DNA of 64,000 nucleotides from a virus (IMGVR_UViG_3300033070_001355:7944-71943), one strand, 5' to 3'. Counted from the stretch's first letter, positions 1 through 10,101 are shown. Notes: generated by a model from the letters alone, not told the origin. Made by a program: numbers and translations.

Positions 1-1
1 G

Positions 2-826
2 GTTGATGACGAAGTCACAGCTTTGAAGGAAGTGAAGATACGTTCTCATATCACTTCGAACTTGGATCTTGATGTTCTTGTACTTCGTTTTGAAGAAATC
101 AATGACATCAAGCTGCGTCTTCTCAGTCCATGAGAGCAGGACGCCACGCATGCTTTCTGCAACGTGCGGGTCGATAGCTCTTGCCTTTTCAACCGCGAGA
201 TTAAAAGCCTCGCAGGCGACAAGGTAGTTGCGCTCCCATCTGGTAAACGCATTCCCGCCGACGCCGAGACCTACCCAGATCTCACTACCTTTTTCCGGTC
301 GAAGCCTATCAGCAATAAGGCTTGAATATCCACCGTTCGGATACGCGTCATCAGGGAAAGGGAGGCCAAGACAGGCGACGTTCGGGTTGAACGACTTGTA
401 GAACTCGATCTCTTTTTCGGTCAAGCAGATGATCGCATCGAAATCAGCAAGGCCGTCGACGTACCCTTTGCTGATCGCCATGCTTTGAGAGTTGCCACCA
501 AACCTTGAGGCGACATCAACCATCAAAGGTTCATCAACGATCCCCACAACTTTGAGACCCTTGCAATACTCTTTGAGGGTCTTCACACCACGGTCGTTCT
601 TGCCAGTACCGGCAATGAACGTCCCCCACATCGTACAGAGGAGAACATCAATTGAGTTCGCCTTGCACCAGAGAGCGATCTGCTCATCTGACATCTTCTT
701 TTCAAGAGGAACTCTCTGGACATTGAGAGTGTGCTGCCAGATGCCATTGTCATAATCAGCAGAGCCAGAGGCGCCGCCATTGTCACAGTCACCGAAAAGG
801 ACCGCGATCCTTGCGTTCTGTATCAC
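2..826 (-). CDS. Glycosyltransferase (GT-B/GT4-like), 3'-truncated by the window edge; missing from the ORF track
   Basis: Manual translation from GTG at 826 (overlaps the TGA of the upstream ORF) stays open to position 2: MIQNARIAVLFGDCDNGG...FDAIICLTEKEIEFYKSFNPNVACLGLPFPDD...TRWERNYLVACEAF...YLHFLQSCDFVIN. This is a typical GT-B pattern. Confidence 0.65.
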   Translation of the reverse strand, partial: MIQNARIAVLFGDCDNGGASGSADYDNGIWQHTLNVQRVPLEKKMSDEQIALWCKANSIDVLLCTMWGTFIAGTGKNDRGVKTLKEYCKGLKVVGIVDEPLMVDVASRFGGNSQSMAISKGYVDGLADFDAIICLTEKEIEFYKSFNPNVACLGLPFPDDAYPNGGYSSLIADRLRPEKGSEIWVGLGVGGNAFTRWERNYLVACEAFNLAVEKARAIDPHVAESMRGVLLSWTEKTQLDVIDFFKTKYKNIKIQVRSDMRTYLHFLQSCDFVIN

Positions 827-1302
827 TTGATTTCGCCTTTCACTTCTTCGATATCCGCGTCAGTATCGCTTGGAGCTGGCTCTTCGCCGCTTTCAGCATG
901 AATAACGACAAAATCTTCTTCAGGTTTTGCCTTCTTCGCTTTTCTTTTTGCCTTCTTTTCAGGCTTCTTTTCAGGCTCAACCCACCTGATATTTGAAAGA
1001 CTCAAATTCTTAGGGTCACCGTCGATTGAATCGACATACGCGTCAGCTGATCTTTCAACGTTAAGAAAAGCAGAAGCCATGAGATTTCTTATCGAAACGT
1101 TTCGACTTTTTCCTTCACGATCTCTAATGATCGTTCTTAAAGTGCCGTTCGCATCTTCTCTTGAACCGATCTTCTTCCAGACTGAAGTGATATTGCCAGT
1201 TTTTCTCTGGCGCTTGCTGAAGATCTCTCCGGTCGCAGACACACCATATCCAGGAAATTCTGGGATGTCTTTAATAACGGATTCAATATCAGTCATGGTC
1301 AT
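823..1302 (-). CDS. NUMOD4/HNH-like protein with degenerate HNH site and Lys/Glu-rich tail
   Basis: IKDIPEFPGYGVSATGEIFS matches NUMOD4. SIDGDPKNLSLSNIRWV aligns to HxDGxxxNNxxxNLEW but lacks the His and the NN. Confidence 0.7.
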   Translation of the reverse strand: MTMTDIESVIKDIPEFPGYGVSATGEIFSKRQRKTGNITSVWKKIGSREDANGTLRTIIRDREGKSRNVSIRNLMASAFLNVERSADAYVDSIDGDPKNLSLSNIRWVEPEKKPEKKAKRKAKKAKPEEDFVVIHAESGEEPAPSDTDADIEEVKGEIK

Positions 1303-2260
1303 ATCCGATCGTGTTAGATGTCTTCAAAATGTCACGAATAAGTATCGCTCTTTGAAATGAAGTATGGTCTTTCAAAACATTGTCACGCAAAGTTTTGATT
1401 CTTTTTGAAACTTCTGGCGCTTCGATGTTTGCGAGAAGTTCTTTGGTCACCTTGACACAGTTCGCAATCTTCTCTTCATCGGTTTTTCCGTCGTAATAAA
1501 ATGGCTCATCGCCTAAGAGATCTCGAAGACCGTATGAAGGATCAAGCTCGTCACAAACGAGAGGGAGGCCCATAGCAGCAACTTCAAAATGACGATACCC
1601 GACTTCGCCGCACCACGCGTGATGGAAGCCAATTTTCGATTTCGAAAGAAGTGATCGATATGCGTGTCCAAACTGAAATTCATGCTTGACACTGATACCG
1701 CTTGAAGCCATCGCCTCAAGTATAGGTTGGCGAAGTCCGTAGATTTTTCCGCAATGAACGACGTCAAATATCTTTTTTGCGCCAAACACTTGGTAGTGAA
1801 GAAGATTATCGGTCCAATACGGAACCCACCCCGTAATCGTTTCGAACTCTGCCATGTATTTTTCAACGAATGGCTTTTGCGCGGTCATCAAAAAATCATA
1901 ATTAGTTTCTTTGATTGATGCTCTATTAGCGTCATAACGCATCGGATCATCACCGGCATGATATACCAGTTGCATGTTCGCAGTTTTTCTATGAGCTGAT
2001 CGCCAGTCAACTCTCGAATTTCCGAAATCGAATACAATCAGTTTTTCAGGGGATGAGACGTTGAGGATGTCTTGGAATTGTTGAACGGCTCGATGGTCGT
2101 TGAACTTATCATTCTCATCATAGAGATTAACGAGTGAGACTTGCTCACCGATCGATCTCATCGCATGAACAATTGACCAGATCCCTCCAGCAGCAATTTG
2201 CTCTGGGTGTTTCACGATCTCTTTCGATCGCGACCACGGAAACGCGATGACAATGTGCAT
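1289..2260 (-). CDS. CgeB/DUF3880-like glycosyltransferase (Glyco_trans_1_2-like)
   Basis: FDVVHCGKIYGLRQPIL...YRSLLSKSKIGFHH...YRHFEVAAMG motif. Likely ATG at 2260 after AAAGGT (track start is TTG at 2287). Confidence 0.75.
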   Translation of the reverse strand: MHIVIAFPWSRSKEIVKHPEQIAAGGIWSIVHAMRSIGEQVSLVNLYDENDKFNDHRAVQQFQDILNVSSPEKLIVFDFGNSRVDWRSAHRKTANMQLVYHAGDDPMRYDANRASIKETNYDFLMTAQKPFVEKYMAEFETITGWVPYWTDNLLHYQVFGAKKIFDVVHCGKIYGLRQPILEAMASSGISVKHEFQFGHAYRSLLSKSKIGFHHAWCGEVGYRHFEVAAMGLPLVCDELDPSYGLRDLLGDEPFYYDGKTDEEKIANCVKVTKELLANIEAPEVSKRIKTLRDNVLKDHTSFQRAILIRDILKTSNTIGYDHD

Positions 2261-2273
2261 TACAGTACCTTTT

Positions 2274-2546
2274 TCATGGAAGCTCAATTTCCATAATTAA
2301 ATTATACATTGTATCCGCCGCTTCCTTAATTTGTTCTTTCGGAACAAATGGCTTTAATTTTTCTTCTATTTCAATCAGAAGCCGCATCTTGAATACGCTA
2401 CGATTGCAATCTTCACCTTGAAAAGCATCGAATTCTTCAGCCTCGTCAAGCAACTTAGACAGACGTTCCGACATCTTCCAACTCATCGAAAATCCCCTCG
2501 TTATCATCGACAGAAACACCGAATATCGGGATTGATTTGTAATCAC
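2274..2546 (-). CDS. Hypothetical protein (likely start MSERLSKLL near 2474)
   Basis: Fills the gap between neighbours on the coding strand. Confidence 0.45.
   Translation of the reverse strand: MITNQSRYSVFLSMITRGFSMSWKMSERLSKLLDEAEEFDAFQGEDCNRSVFKMRLLIEIEEKLKPFVPKEQIKEAADTMYNLIMEIELP
2301..2308 (-). promoter_or_regulatory. Putative sigma70 -10 element (TGTATAAT)
   Basis: TATAAT at 2306-2301, about 40 nt upstream of the GT start. No clear -35. Confidence 0.35.
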
Positions 2547-3306
2547 CCGTGATTGCCATGTACTTTATCATCTCTTCATTAGTTCTGAGCCATTCGATAA
2601 TTTCAGGAATCCATGTCTTGACCTTCATATCTTCTGCGATTCGAAGCATCATCAGAAGCTTGTCGAGGTCTTGGCGGTAATCTTTATCGAAATACTCAAG
2701 CCCTCTCTTGAAAACAACAGGGCAGCCGAATCTCCAATTTCTCCCGAATTGCATTCTTCCAATGAATGAACAGCCGTCAAGCCTTGACCTGACGACAAAA
2801 TGAGGAGCTATGCAGTGAAATGGTTGAGCAGATTCAAAGACTCTGTTGTATCCGCCATGTAGACCGCAAATGAATTTTTGTGCGAACGGTCCTTCTTGTG
2901 GGTTCTCAAGGTAGTCACATGTCTTAAGTCCCGTATACCGAGCGACCTTATCGTTGAGATGAACCCAAACTTCAACCTTCTTACCGTTTATCTCGGTAGC
3001 AACAGGTACTAAGGCCGATACTAACTTGGCGGCACTTTCGCTTGCGATCGCAGCGTTCTCGGCGCGAGAATAGCCTTCGCGCGTGTAAGCAAGGTCAAAG
3101 GCAACCTTACAGCATTTACCTGAAGAATGACAGCTATCGGTCTGAAAGAGCGTTTGGCTAATAGAAACTGATCGAGGCGCTTTGTATTGAACTGAATATT
3201 TCGAATCGAACTCAATTACGACATCTTCTTTTAAGAGGAGCCCGATATATCCGAACAGCTTATTGATGCTGTCGTGATATCTCTGCCCTATCTGATGCAT
3301 CGACAT
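2455..3306 (-). CDS. Cys-cluster protein, YkgJ/CxxCxxCC-like (putative Zn or Fe-S binding)
   Basis: SCHSSGKCCKV, KTCDYL, FICGLH and QPFHC resemble the CxxCGxCC...CxFL...CxIH..RP..C pattern. Confidence 0.45.
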   Translation of the reverse strand: MSMHQIGQRYHDSINKLFGYIGLLLKEDVVIEFDSKYSVQYKAPRSVSISQTLFQTDSCHSSGKCCKVAFDLAYTREGYSRAENAAIASESAAKLVSALVPVATEINGKKVEVWVHLNDKVARYTGLKTCDYLENPQEGPFAQKFICGLHGGYNRVFESAQPFHCIAPHFVVRSRLDGCSFIGRMQFGRNWRFGCPVVFKRGLEYFDKDYRQDLDKLLMMLRIAEDMKVKTWIPEIIEWLRTNEEMIKYMAITGDYKSIPIFGVSVDDNEGIFDELEDVGTSV

Positions 3307-3731
3307 TATTGAATCTCAAGATATTTGACGCCGCTCTCAACAATAATCTTCTTCATATTCGCAGTTCCTCGCCCTCCAGGAAAAAAGACGGCGAGATCAA
3401 TACTGTTTTCTGAAGCCATTCTTGAATTTCTAATCATGCCAGCACTTTTTCCGAACAAGTTCCATTTAGCTTCATACACGCGTTTTTCAATTGATCTTGA
3501 ATCGGCCCAATTGGCGGCTATCGCGTCAGCGCCAGTAGCGTCACCGCAAATAAGAAGTGAAACTTGCCTCAATCGATTGATTTCATCAAGAACTTCATAC
3601 TCAAAGAAATTACTTTTATAATCACGCCCGCCGCTGACAAGAATTATTGGATTTTTTGGAACATCTTGCACTGCATGGAAAATAAAGCTTTGATCAAAGA
3701 GTTTTGGAGAAATGCTCATAAGTAAGCTCAC
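3306..3731 (-). CDS. SLOG family protein (YspA/DUF2493-like)
   Basis: ILVSGGRDY, ICGDATGADAIAANWA, AGMIRNSRM, FFPGGRGTANM. Confidence 0.85.
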   Translation of the reverse strand: MSLLMSISPKLFDQSFIFHAVQDVPKNPIILVSGGRDYKSNFFEYEVLDEINRLRQVSLLICGDATGADAIAANWADSRSIEKRVYEAKWNLFGKSAGMIRNSRMASENSIDLAVFFPGGRGTANMKKIIVESGVKYLEIQ

Positions 3732-3737
3732 GATTCT

Positions 3738-4886
3738 TCAAATAGCTGTTCTTGCGATTCTCAATTGAGATTCTTTTACCATCCCGAGAACCCACGCTTT
3801 CGCGATCTTGATCGAATTAAATTTCGAAATGAGCGCGTCAAATCTAGAAAGACTTGCGATAATCGGGTCGAGATCAACTTTCTCAAAAGGAATGCCTCTT
3901 CTTGAAAGATATCTCTCAACAAGTGCGTTCGCCTTATTCTCTCTGTCGACTGAATTGATCAGGACAAAAGTGAACGAATGCTGGCGAACGAGATCACCAA
4001 TTTTTCCTTCAGCAGTATCAAGATCACGATCAGTAAAGTAATCGAGATCCCAGTTCGAGATATTGTTGCTGTCTTCAAAAACACTTGTCGCGATTGAAAT
4101 ATGATCGGTAAAAATTGAAAGAGTTTTGATTTTCATTGCCATGTCTGTTTCTTCTGCAAACAGTTTCCTTATGGCATAAATATAATAAGCAAGCCGCTTC
4201 GTAAAAGCAGATCTTTCAAAAATTTCGGATTCTTTTTTCGAAAAAAAGTCAGCGACACCGAGGTCGTTCTCAATCAATGAAACGAACGATCGAATGAAAG
4301 ATTCGTTTTTTGTTTCAACGAACGATTTTATGATGCTCTTTCTAAAATCATGAGCAATTCTCTTCGATTTGATGCTCTCTTGTTTTTCTTCACTTTCTGT
4401 TATTGAAAGCTCGTTGTCGTGATCGATATTCTTTTCAATCTTGACTTTCAAAGTGCTGTAACGAGATTCATCACTTCTTGAAATCAATCCACGTTGATGC
4501 TTGATTGCTCTTTCGCGTTCACCGATAAGGACTAATTTCAAAAATTCAAAAAATGATTTGACTCGATGTTCAGCGTCAAAATCTTCACGGACTTGAAATG
4601 TTCTAATTCTATCGCGAATATTTAGAAGAATCTGTTGATTAAGATCTTCTACTTCAATTGATTTAAGACTGTATTGGATAGTCGATTTTACGACATTCGT
4701 TCTAATTAGTTTTTGAATTCGCAAATCGAGGACGATGCGCCAGAATGCGCTATCGTCCCCTGATTGAAAAAGAATGAAATCCCTTATAACAGGATCATCA
4801 TTTCCCCGAAGGATTGACACTTTTTGAACCGTTGATCTCAAAAGTCCCAAGTGAAAATCCGTGATTCTTTTTTCCTGTTGAAGCAA
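3738..4886 (-). CDS. Sigma70 region 2-like protein with C-terminal extension (putative phage sigma factor)
   Basis: SGDDSAFWRIV...VEDLNQQILLNIRDRIRTFQ...SFFEFLKLVL resembles ECF region 2. The start may be GTG at 4820. Confidence 0.45.
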   Translation of the reverse strand: MLQQEKRITDFHLGLLRSTVQKVSILRGNDDPVIRDFILFQSGDDSAFWRIVLDLRIQKLIRTNVVKSTIQYSLKSIEVEDLNQQILLNIRDRIRTFQVREDFDAEHRVKSFFEFLKLVLIGERERAIKHQRGLISRSDESRYSTLKVKIEKNIDHDNELSITESEEKQESIKSKRIAHDFRKSIIKSFVETKNESFIRSFVSLIENDLGVADFFSKKESEIFERSAFTKRLAYYIYAIRKLFAEETDMAMKIKTLSIFTDHISIATSVFEDSNNISNWDLDYFTDRDLDTAEGKIGDLVRQHSFTFVLINSVDRENKANALVERYLSRRGIPFEKVDLDPIIASLSRFDALISKFNSIKIAKAWVLGMVKESQLRIARTAI

Positions 4887-5004
4887 TCGTCACTTTAGGC
4901 GACGCGTTTCCCTTTGGGGTAGGATTCTTCAGGAAAGAGAACTTGCCGACAACGCCTCTTCCGGCAGCCATATTTGCTTGAACCGAACCTGATGGATTGT
5001 TCAT
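4798..5004 (-). CDS. Small basic hypothetical protein
   Basis: ATG overlaps the upstream TGA (ATGA coupling); 68 aa. Confidence 0.4.
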   Translation of the reverse strand: MNNPSGSVQANMAAGRGVVGKFSFLKNPTPKGNASPKVTIASTGKKNHGFSLGTFEINGSKSVNPSGK

Positions 5005-5399
5005 ACTTCAGTATCCTTTCTATCAATAGCAACACCGAAGACTTTTGGATCAAGCTTCTGCTTACCTCTAGAGGCAAGACTCATTGTCTTGCACGCTACG
5101 TGCAGCTCTCTCTTGCACAATTCGCGACAAGTATAGTCAGTCAAATCAAAGCCAACACCAAATCCATTGCAATGGTGTCTTCCGTCTGAATATTGCGTAA
5201 TGCCATATTGCAATTGAGAAACGAGCTCATCAATCTTCTTTACAGCTTCGACATATTCAGCCCGCTTCGCGAGCAGTTCATCTACCTTCTTTTTCGCATC
5301 ATCTGTTTGCTTGTAAGGAACTGCGTTCGAAGAAGTAGTTTCTGGAGGAGCCACTCTCAGATCTGGCGATTTGCTGTCTTTGTCTTTTTGTTCAGTCAC
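5001..5399 (-). CDS. Hypothetical protein, coiled coil plus Cys-rich (possible Zn-binding) domain
   Basis: HCNGFG...TCRELCKRELHVAC; coupled to both neighbours. Confidence 0.55.
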   Translation of the reverse strand: MTEQKDKDSKSPDLRVAPPETTSSNAVPYKQTDDAKKKVDELLAKRAEYVEAVKKIDELVSQLQYGITQYSDGRHHCNGFGVGFDLTDYTCRELCKRELHVACKTMSLASRGKQKLDPKVFGVAIDRKDTEV

Positions 5400-7443
5400 T
5401 GGAGACCTCGCTCGTTTCGTTATTCATATAAACAGCGACGGTGTCTGGAATAAAAGCTTTGAATTCTTCATCATGAGTTACGATAAAGATATTCTTGAAT
5501 TTGTCTTTCAAGCTGACGATAAGAGAAATGATATTCGTGAGGCTGACTGAATCAATTCCCGCGAACACCTCATCAAGGAATGCGCACTCAATAGAAACCT
5601 TCTTGCTTTCGCACAACAGTTCAGCAAGCGCAAATCGAATTGAAAGATTGATGGTTGCTTTTTGACCGCCGCTGAGCGACTTGTATTTTCGTATCTTGTC
5701 AGATCCGCTAATAATTTCAAAGTCGATGACCTCACGAGACTCACCTGATTTGATGGTCTTTTGAGTTTTCATTTGAATTCGATAAGATGATCTTGCTTTT
5801 TCAAGAATAGCGTTTGCGTAATTTGAAACGTCGCCGCAAACGTTCTCAATAATCATTGACGGAATTGAGACGCCGAACGCGGCACTCAGAGTGTCGTAAT
5901 TATCAGATATGTGTTTAGAGATTCGAAGCGACGATTCTATCTCAGATGCTTTCAAAGAACTCTTTTCGAAGCTCTCAATCGCCGATGAAATTCTTAAGAT
6001 TGTTTTTGTGAACTCATCAACTTCAGCACCTTTGCTGACACCATCTCTTTTCAAAGACGCAATTTCAGATTCAAGCTCAGGGAGACCACTAAGGCCGATT
6101 TTAATTGATTCAATTGATTTTGCAATTTCATCAAGCTCTTCTTGAAGCGACTTGATTGATATCTCACATGCGGCAATCTTTTCTTTCTGAGTATTTCGAT
6201 ATTCATCATCACAATTTTGCGGCATCACGGGATTCGAAGAAGCGATCTTAGAATATTCGTCAGAAATTTTCTTCTGCTTCTCGTGCTTAATTATCTCGTT
6301 CTTCATCTCCTCTAACGATTTGTTGAGAAGTTGTATCGAAGACTCGATCTCAGATTTCTTTCCAAGAATATGTTCTTCTGAAACAGGTTGTAGGCATTCT
6401 TGACAGAAGCTCGAAGAACTGTTTATTTTTGAAAGAGTACGAGCCCGTATCTCAATCTCTTTTCGAAGAGATGCTGCATGCACGAGACAATCTCGATAGG
6501 CAAGATCGTCATAGAAGAAATCAACATCTTTGAATTTTTCAACCAAAGCGTTATGATCTTGAACTTTTTTATTGAATATCCTGAGATACTCAAGTGAAAC
6601 TTCAATCTGATGATTTGCTTTTTCAATTTCGAGCCTATAACTCGCTATACTTCTTGATTTTTCAGCAGCCTTCTTGATTGAAGCATCGAGCCTGCCTTGA
6701 TAATGAGATTTGATTTCATTGATCTTTGCATTTGTCTCGTGATAACGTTGTCTCAACGCGACAACAACTCTTTCGACTTCTGCTTTACTTGTCTCTAGAG
6801 CAAGAATCTTTTCACGAGCTCTATCGATTGATCCAAAACTTGCATTGAAAGAGCTAATACTCTCTGAGTATAGTCTGAGTTCACCTGAATTTTTCAGAAC
6901 GTCTTTCTCAACGTTATTTTTGAGCGATCTACTTCTTTCAGCGGCAAGCAGAAAGATCGACGTGTCGATAATTTTTGAAAGTTGGGAGCGCCTATCAGCG
7001 GCAGTGGCATCAACAAACTCAGTGTTCTGCCCTTGCCTAAAAAATGAAATCGAATAAAACAAAGCGGCGTCGAAACCAATCTCACGAACGATTATTGGGT
7101 TGACAGCCGTGACATTCGTCACAGAACTTTGGTCAACTCCATTGATCGAAAACTTAACACTTGAAGTCTTCGAACGAACTCTCTTTCGCTCAACAACAAA
7201 GAGTCGACCGGAAATCTCAAATTCAACAATAACAATCATCTCATTTTGAGAATCTCTAATCAAATCATCTTCAGAGGTGTCACGAAACTCCCCCCAAATT
7301 GCGTAAGGGATCGCTTCTATGATTGATGACTTACCGGAACCTGTCTTGCCGAGAATTCCAATGATCGAACCAAATCTTGAGAAATCAATAACAGCTTTTT
7401 CATACGATCGATAATTTATGAGAGTGACTTTAAGAATCTTCAT
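5392..7443 (-). CDS. sbcC: SbcC/Rad50-like SMC ATPase (gp46-like)
   Basis: Walker A GKTGSGKSS, zinc hook CQECLQ, signature LSGGQ, Walker B AFLDEVF, H-loop IVTHD. Confidence 0.95.
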   Translation of the reverse strand: MKILKVTLINYRSYEKAVIDFSRFGSIIGILGKTGSGKSSIIEAIPYAIWGEFRDTSEDDLIRDSQNEMIVIVEFEISGRLFVVERKRVRSKTSSVKFSINGVDQSSVTNVTAVNPIIVREIGFDAALFYSISFFRQGQNTEFVDATAADRRSQLSKIIDTSIFLLAAERSRSLKNNVEKDVLKNSGELRLYSESISSFNASFGSIDRAREKILALETSKAEVERVVVALRQRYHETNAKINEIKSHYQGRLDASIKKAAEKSRSIASYRLEIEKANHQIEVSLEYLRIFNKKVQDHNALVEKFKDVDFFYDDLAYRDCLVHAASLRKEIEIRARTLSKINSSSSFCQECLQPVSEEHILGKKSEIESSIQLLNKSLEEMKNEIIKHEKQKKISDEYSKIASSNPVMPQNCDDEYRNTQKEKIAACEISIKSLQEELDEIAKSIESIKIGLSGLPELESEIASLKRDGVSKGAEVDEFTKTILRISSAIESFEKSSLKASEIESSLRISKHISDNYDTLSAAFGVSIPSMIIENVCGDVSNYANAILEKARSSYRIQMKTQKTIKSGESREVIDFEIISGSDKIRKYKSLSGGQKATINLSIRFALAELLCESKKVSIECAFLDEVFAGIDSVSLTNIISLIVSLKDKFKNIFIVTHDEEFKAFIPDTVAVYMNNETSEVSSD

Positions 7444-7963
7444 TGTATTTCTTCAACCCGTACATCGCCATAAAGAAAGAATCAAGCTCATGTTCATTCT
7501 TTCCTTTGCCTTCATTTTCTAAAATGTATCGACGCACGTCAACTGATTTCGTCTTACCAGACTTCGATACTTTTCTTGGCTTTTCAACTGAAAACATTTT
7601 CATCCACTGCCTTGGCAAGACGCGGAAGTATTGGTCTTCAAAACTAATATTTTTCGACGCAACAATTAAGTCTAATGCACCCGCAAGCTCAAGCAATTTG
7701 GCTCCGTTTCCGTGCTGCACCATCGAATGATTTTCACGGACAATCATTAATTCATCAATAGTGAATGAAAGTTCAATAGATCTTTTTTCAATACACTGCC
7801 AGATCAGGCAAGCTGCGTTAAGTGGCTTTTTCCATATTATCTTAGGATCTACATTCACTATCGTTGATTGATAGAGAATATTGCAATCCTTGTCAATGAA
7901 CGTAATTCCAGAATTTGTTACGGCTTGATCAATTCCGACAACGATTCTTCTACTTTGAAACAC
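7430..7963 (-). CDS. ruvC: RuvC-like Holliday junction resolvase
   Basis: IVVGIDQAVTNSG, IVRENH and NEHELDSFFMA supply the RNase H-fold acidic residues. Likely GTG start at 7963. Confidence 0.75.
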   Translation of the reverse strand: MFQSRRIVVGIDQAVTNSGITFIDKDCNILYQSTIVNVDPKIIWKKPLNAACLIWQCIEKRSIELSFTIDELMIVRENHSMVQHGNGAKLLELAGALDLIVASKNISFEDQYFRVLPRQWMKMFSVEKPRKVSKSGKTKSVDVRRYILENEGKGKNEHELDSFFMAMYGLKKYNEDS

Positions 7964-9023
7964 TTGACAGAACTTCGATACCAAGTTCTGAAAGAGAAGA
8001 ATCAAACTTAGACATTTCAGAATACCTCATAAAGAGATCGCGAGGAGAAGATTCTTTCTTCATCGAAGCATCACGAACGATGAGTTTTTCGCAGCTTTCA
8101 ATCTTAATCTTGAAATCATAAAGACGTTGAGATTTTAAGAACTCGAGAATTCTCTTTAGATTTTCGTTGTGTACTTCCGGGTTCGCATCTTCTTTGATGT
8201 CAACTCTAACGATGCAATTGTCTAGCTTTCCTGAGAAAGATGCAATGAAATTCTCAAAAGAAACACCATAGTCAATCACATAGAATTTTCGGTGAGGAGT
8301 CTCAACAAACTCCCACTCTTCTTTAGCGACATCAAGAACAACGAATCCCTTTTTCTGAGACCATTCGCCAAAGTCATTGACAATGATCGATCCTGGATAC
8401 AAGCAAAGGTTCTTGAAATCGGGACGAATCGCTTGAAATTTGTGGATGTGTCCTGAAATCAAGATAGCGTTTTCGACCGGCTTCTCAACATGGCAGAATT
8501 TTGCAAGCAGTGTCGATTCATGACCTATTGTCGCACCATCAAGAGATGTGTGTGCAACGAAGATATTCAAACACGCAGCGCTCTTAAAAGCTTCAGCATC
8601 TTCAAGTTTGCACGGGAACGGGACAAAGATGAATCGAGCTTCTTTACCTCTATCAGAAACATCGACAGTAGTAATGGTGTCAGTGATAATATCAGTTGAT
8701 AAAACTCTTCCCATCAACTCAAGCGGGCCGACATCCTTTTCAACTGAAAGAATATCGTGATTTCCTTCAATCATGAAAGTGTCAATATCATGATCTTCAA
8801 GCTTTTTGAAGAATGAGATCGCGAACGCAACATCGTCGAGAGAAGGTTTGTTTGTGTGAAAAATATCACCGCAGTGAACGACGACATCAATCTCTTCAGT
8901 AATCGCGTATTCTGCAATAAAGTCAACAGCGTTCCTGAGCTCTTCTTCTCTTGATTTTCTCTCTTTAGAGTTTGAGTGCGTTGTCAGGCCAAGGTGCCAG
9001 TCGCCAGTGAATAGAATTTTCAT
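7950..9023 (-). CDS. sbcD: SbcD/Mre11-like metallophosphoesterase nuclease (gp47-like)
   Basis: TGDWHLG, HCGDIFH, IEGNHD, SGHIH. Confidence 0.95.
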   Translation of the reverse strand: MKILFTGDWHLGLTTHSNSKERKSREEELRNAVDFIAEYAITEEIDVVVHCGDIFHTNKPSLDDVAFAISFFKKLEDHDIDTFMIEGNHDILSVEKDVGPLELMGRVLSTDIITDTITTVDVSDRGKEARFIFVPFPCKLEDAEAFKSAACLNIFVAHTSLDGATIGHESTLLAKFCHVEKPVENAILISGHIHKFQAIRPDFKNLCLYPGSIIVNDFGEWSQKKGFVVLDVAKEEWEFVETPHRKFYVIDYGVSFENFIASFSGKLDNCIVRVDIKEDANPEVHNENLKRILEFLKSQRLYDFKIKIESCEKLIVRDASMKKESSPRDLFMRYSEMSKFDSSLSELGIEVLSSVSK

Positions 9024-10093
9024 TCGATGAGAGCCTTCGCTTCTTCTTCACTAATTTCTTCAGCTTTTGATTCTTTAACGATTTCGATAGCAGGCGCTTT
9101 GTTTATCGCCTCAACGATTCTTCGAGCAAGCCCGATGTCTTTTCTTAGTTCAAGAGAAAAGTTGTACTTCCCACGCACTTTCTTCTCTTCAAACTCAAAA
9201 CCAGCGCCAGATTTCTTGATAACGCCGCGAGCGACTCCGGTCTCAACAATAGAAATCCACGAATCAATCCCGTGCGGCCCGATAAAGAATTCAACAGATT
9301 GGAACGGAGCAAAAACTTTACTCTTCACAACCGTCATTTTTGTCTTGATACCGCCGTCAACATCGTCCCATTTTCCAAGCTTTGAAAGCTGAATTCGAAT
9401 TGACGCGTAGAACTTCAGAGCTTTACCTCCAGACGTCGCTGAAGGGCCATAGCCACCGACATTGTCGCGGGTCTGGTTGATAAAAACAACGCACGCATCA
9501 GATTTATAAGCTGGTCCAATAATCTGTCGAAGTGACTGGCTCATCATTCGAGCTTGAGTAGCCATTCCGCCTGATTGTTCAATCGTATCAGCATTGAATT
9601 CTGATGCAGGAACAAGTGCCGCGACAGAATCAAGGCAAATGATGAGTTGCGCCTTCGGATTCTTGGCTTTCGTGTGTATGAATTCTTCACACGCAATTTT
9701 GATAAGATCGAGTGCTTGCTCGCCGAAATCTGGCTGTTGAATGATGACTTTTTCAGGGTCAACGCCGATTTTCTTTGCGTAAGCGAGATCGAGCGCGTGT
9801 TCAGCGTCGATAAAAATGACGACGCAATCAGGATTCCTCTTGATTGCGCCAGCGATCATCGTGAGGACAGTGGTCGTCTTACCACTGCTCTCACCTCCAA
9901 AAATCTCAATGAGCTTGCCGCACGGAAAACCTCCGTGCAGCAAGCCATCGATCTGCGAGTCTCCTGTCGGAATCTTTGTCCCTACAAATTGACTTGACGT
10001 ATCACTCAGTCGATATGCAGGAACGTCCTTGTCTTTGAACCCAGAAGTAACTTTGTTGATTCTTTTCAGAAGCTCATCGACAAGATCAGACAT
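9020..10093 (-). CDS. recA: RecA recombinase
   Basis: EIFGGESSGKTT, FIDAEHALD, QARMMSQSLR, FINQTR, GGKALKFYASIRI. Confidence 0.97.
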   Translation of the reverse strand: MSDLVDELLKRINKVTSGFKDKDVPAYRLSDTSSQFVGTKIPTGDSQIDGLLHGGFPCGKLIEIFGGESSGKTTTVLTMIAGAIKRNPDCVVIFIDAEHALDLAYAKKIGVDPEKVIIQQPDFGEQALDLIKIACEEFIHTKAKNPKAQLIICLDSVAALVPASEFNADTIEQSGGMATQARMMSQSLRQIIGPAYKSDACVVFINQTRDNVGGYGPSATSGGKALKFYASIRIQLSKLGKWDDVDGGIKTKMTVVKSKVFAPFQSVEFFIGPHGIDSWISIVETGVARGVIKKSGAGFEFEEKKVRGKYNFSLELRKDIGLARRIVEAINKAPAIEIVKESKAEEISEEEAKALIE

Positions 10094-10101
10094 TTTAACT
10101 C

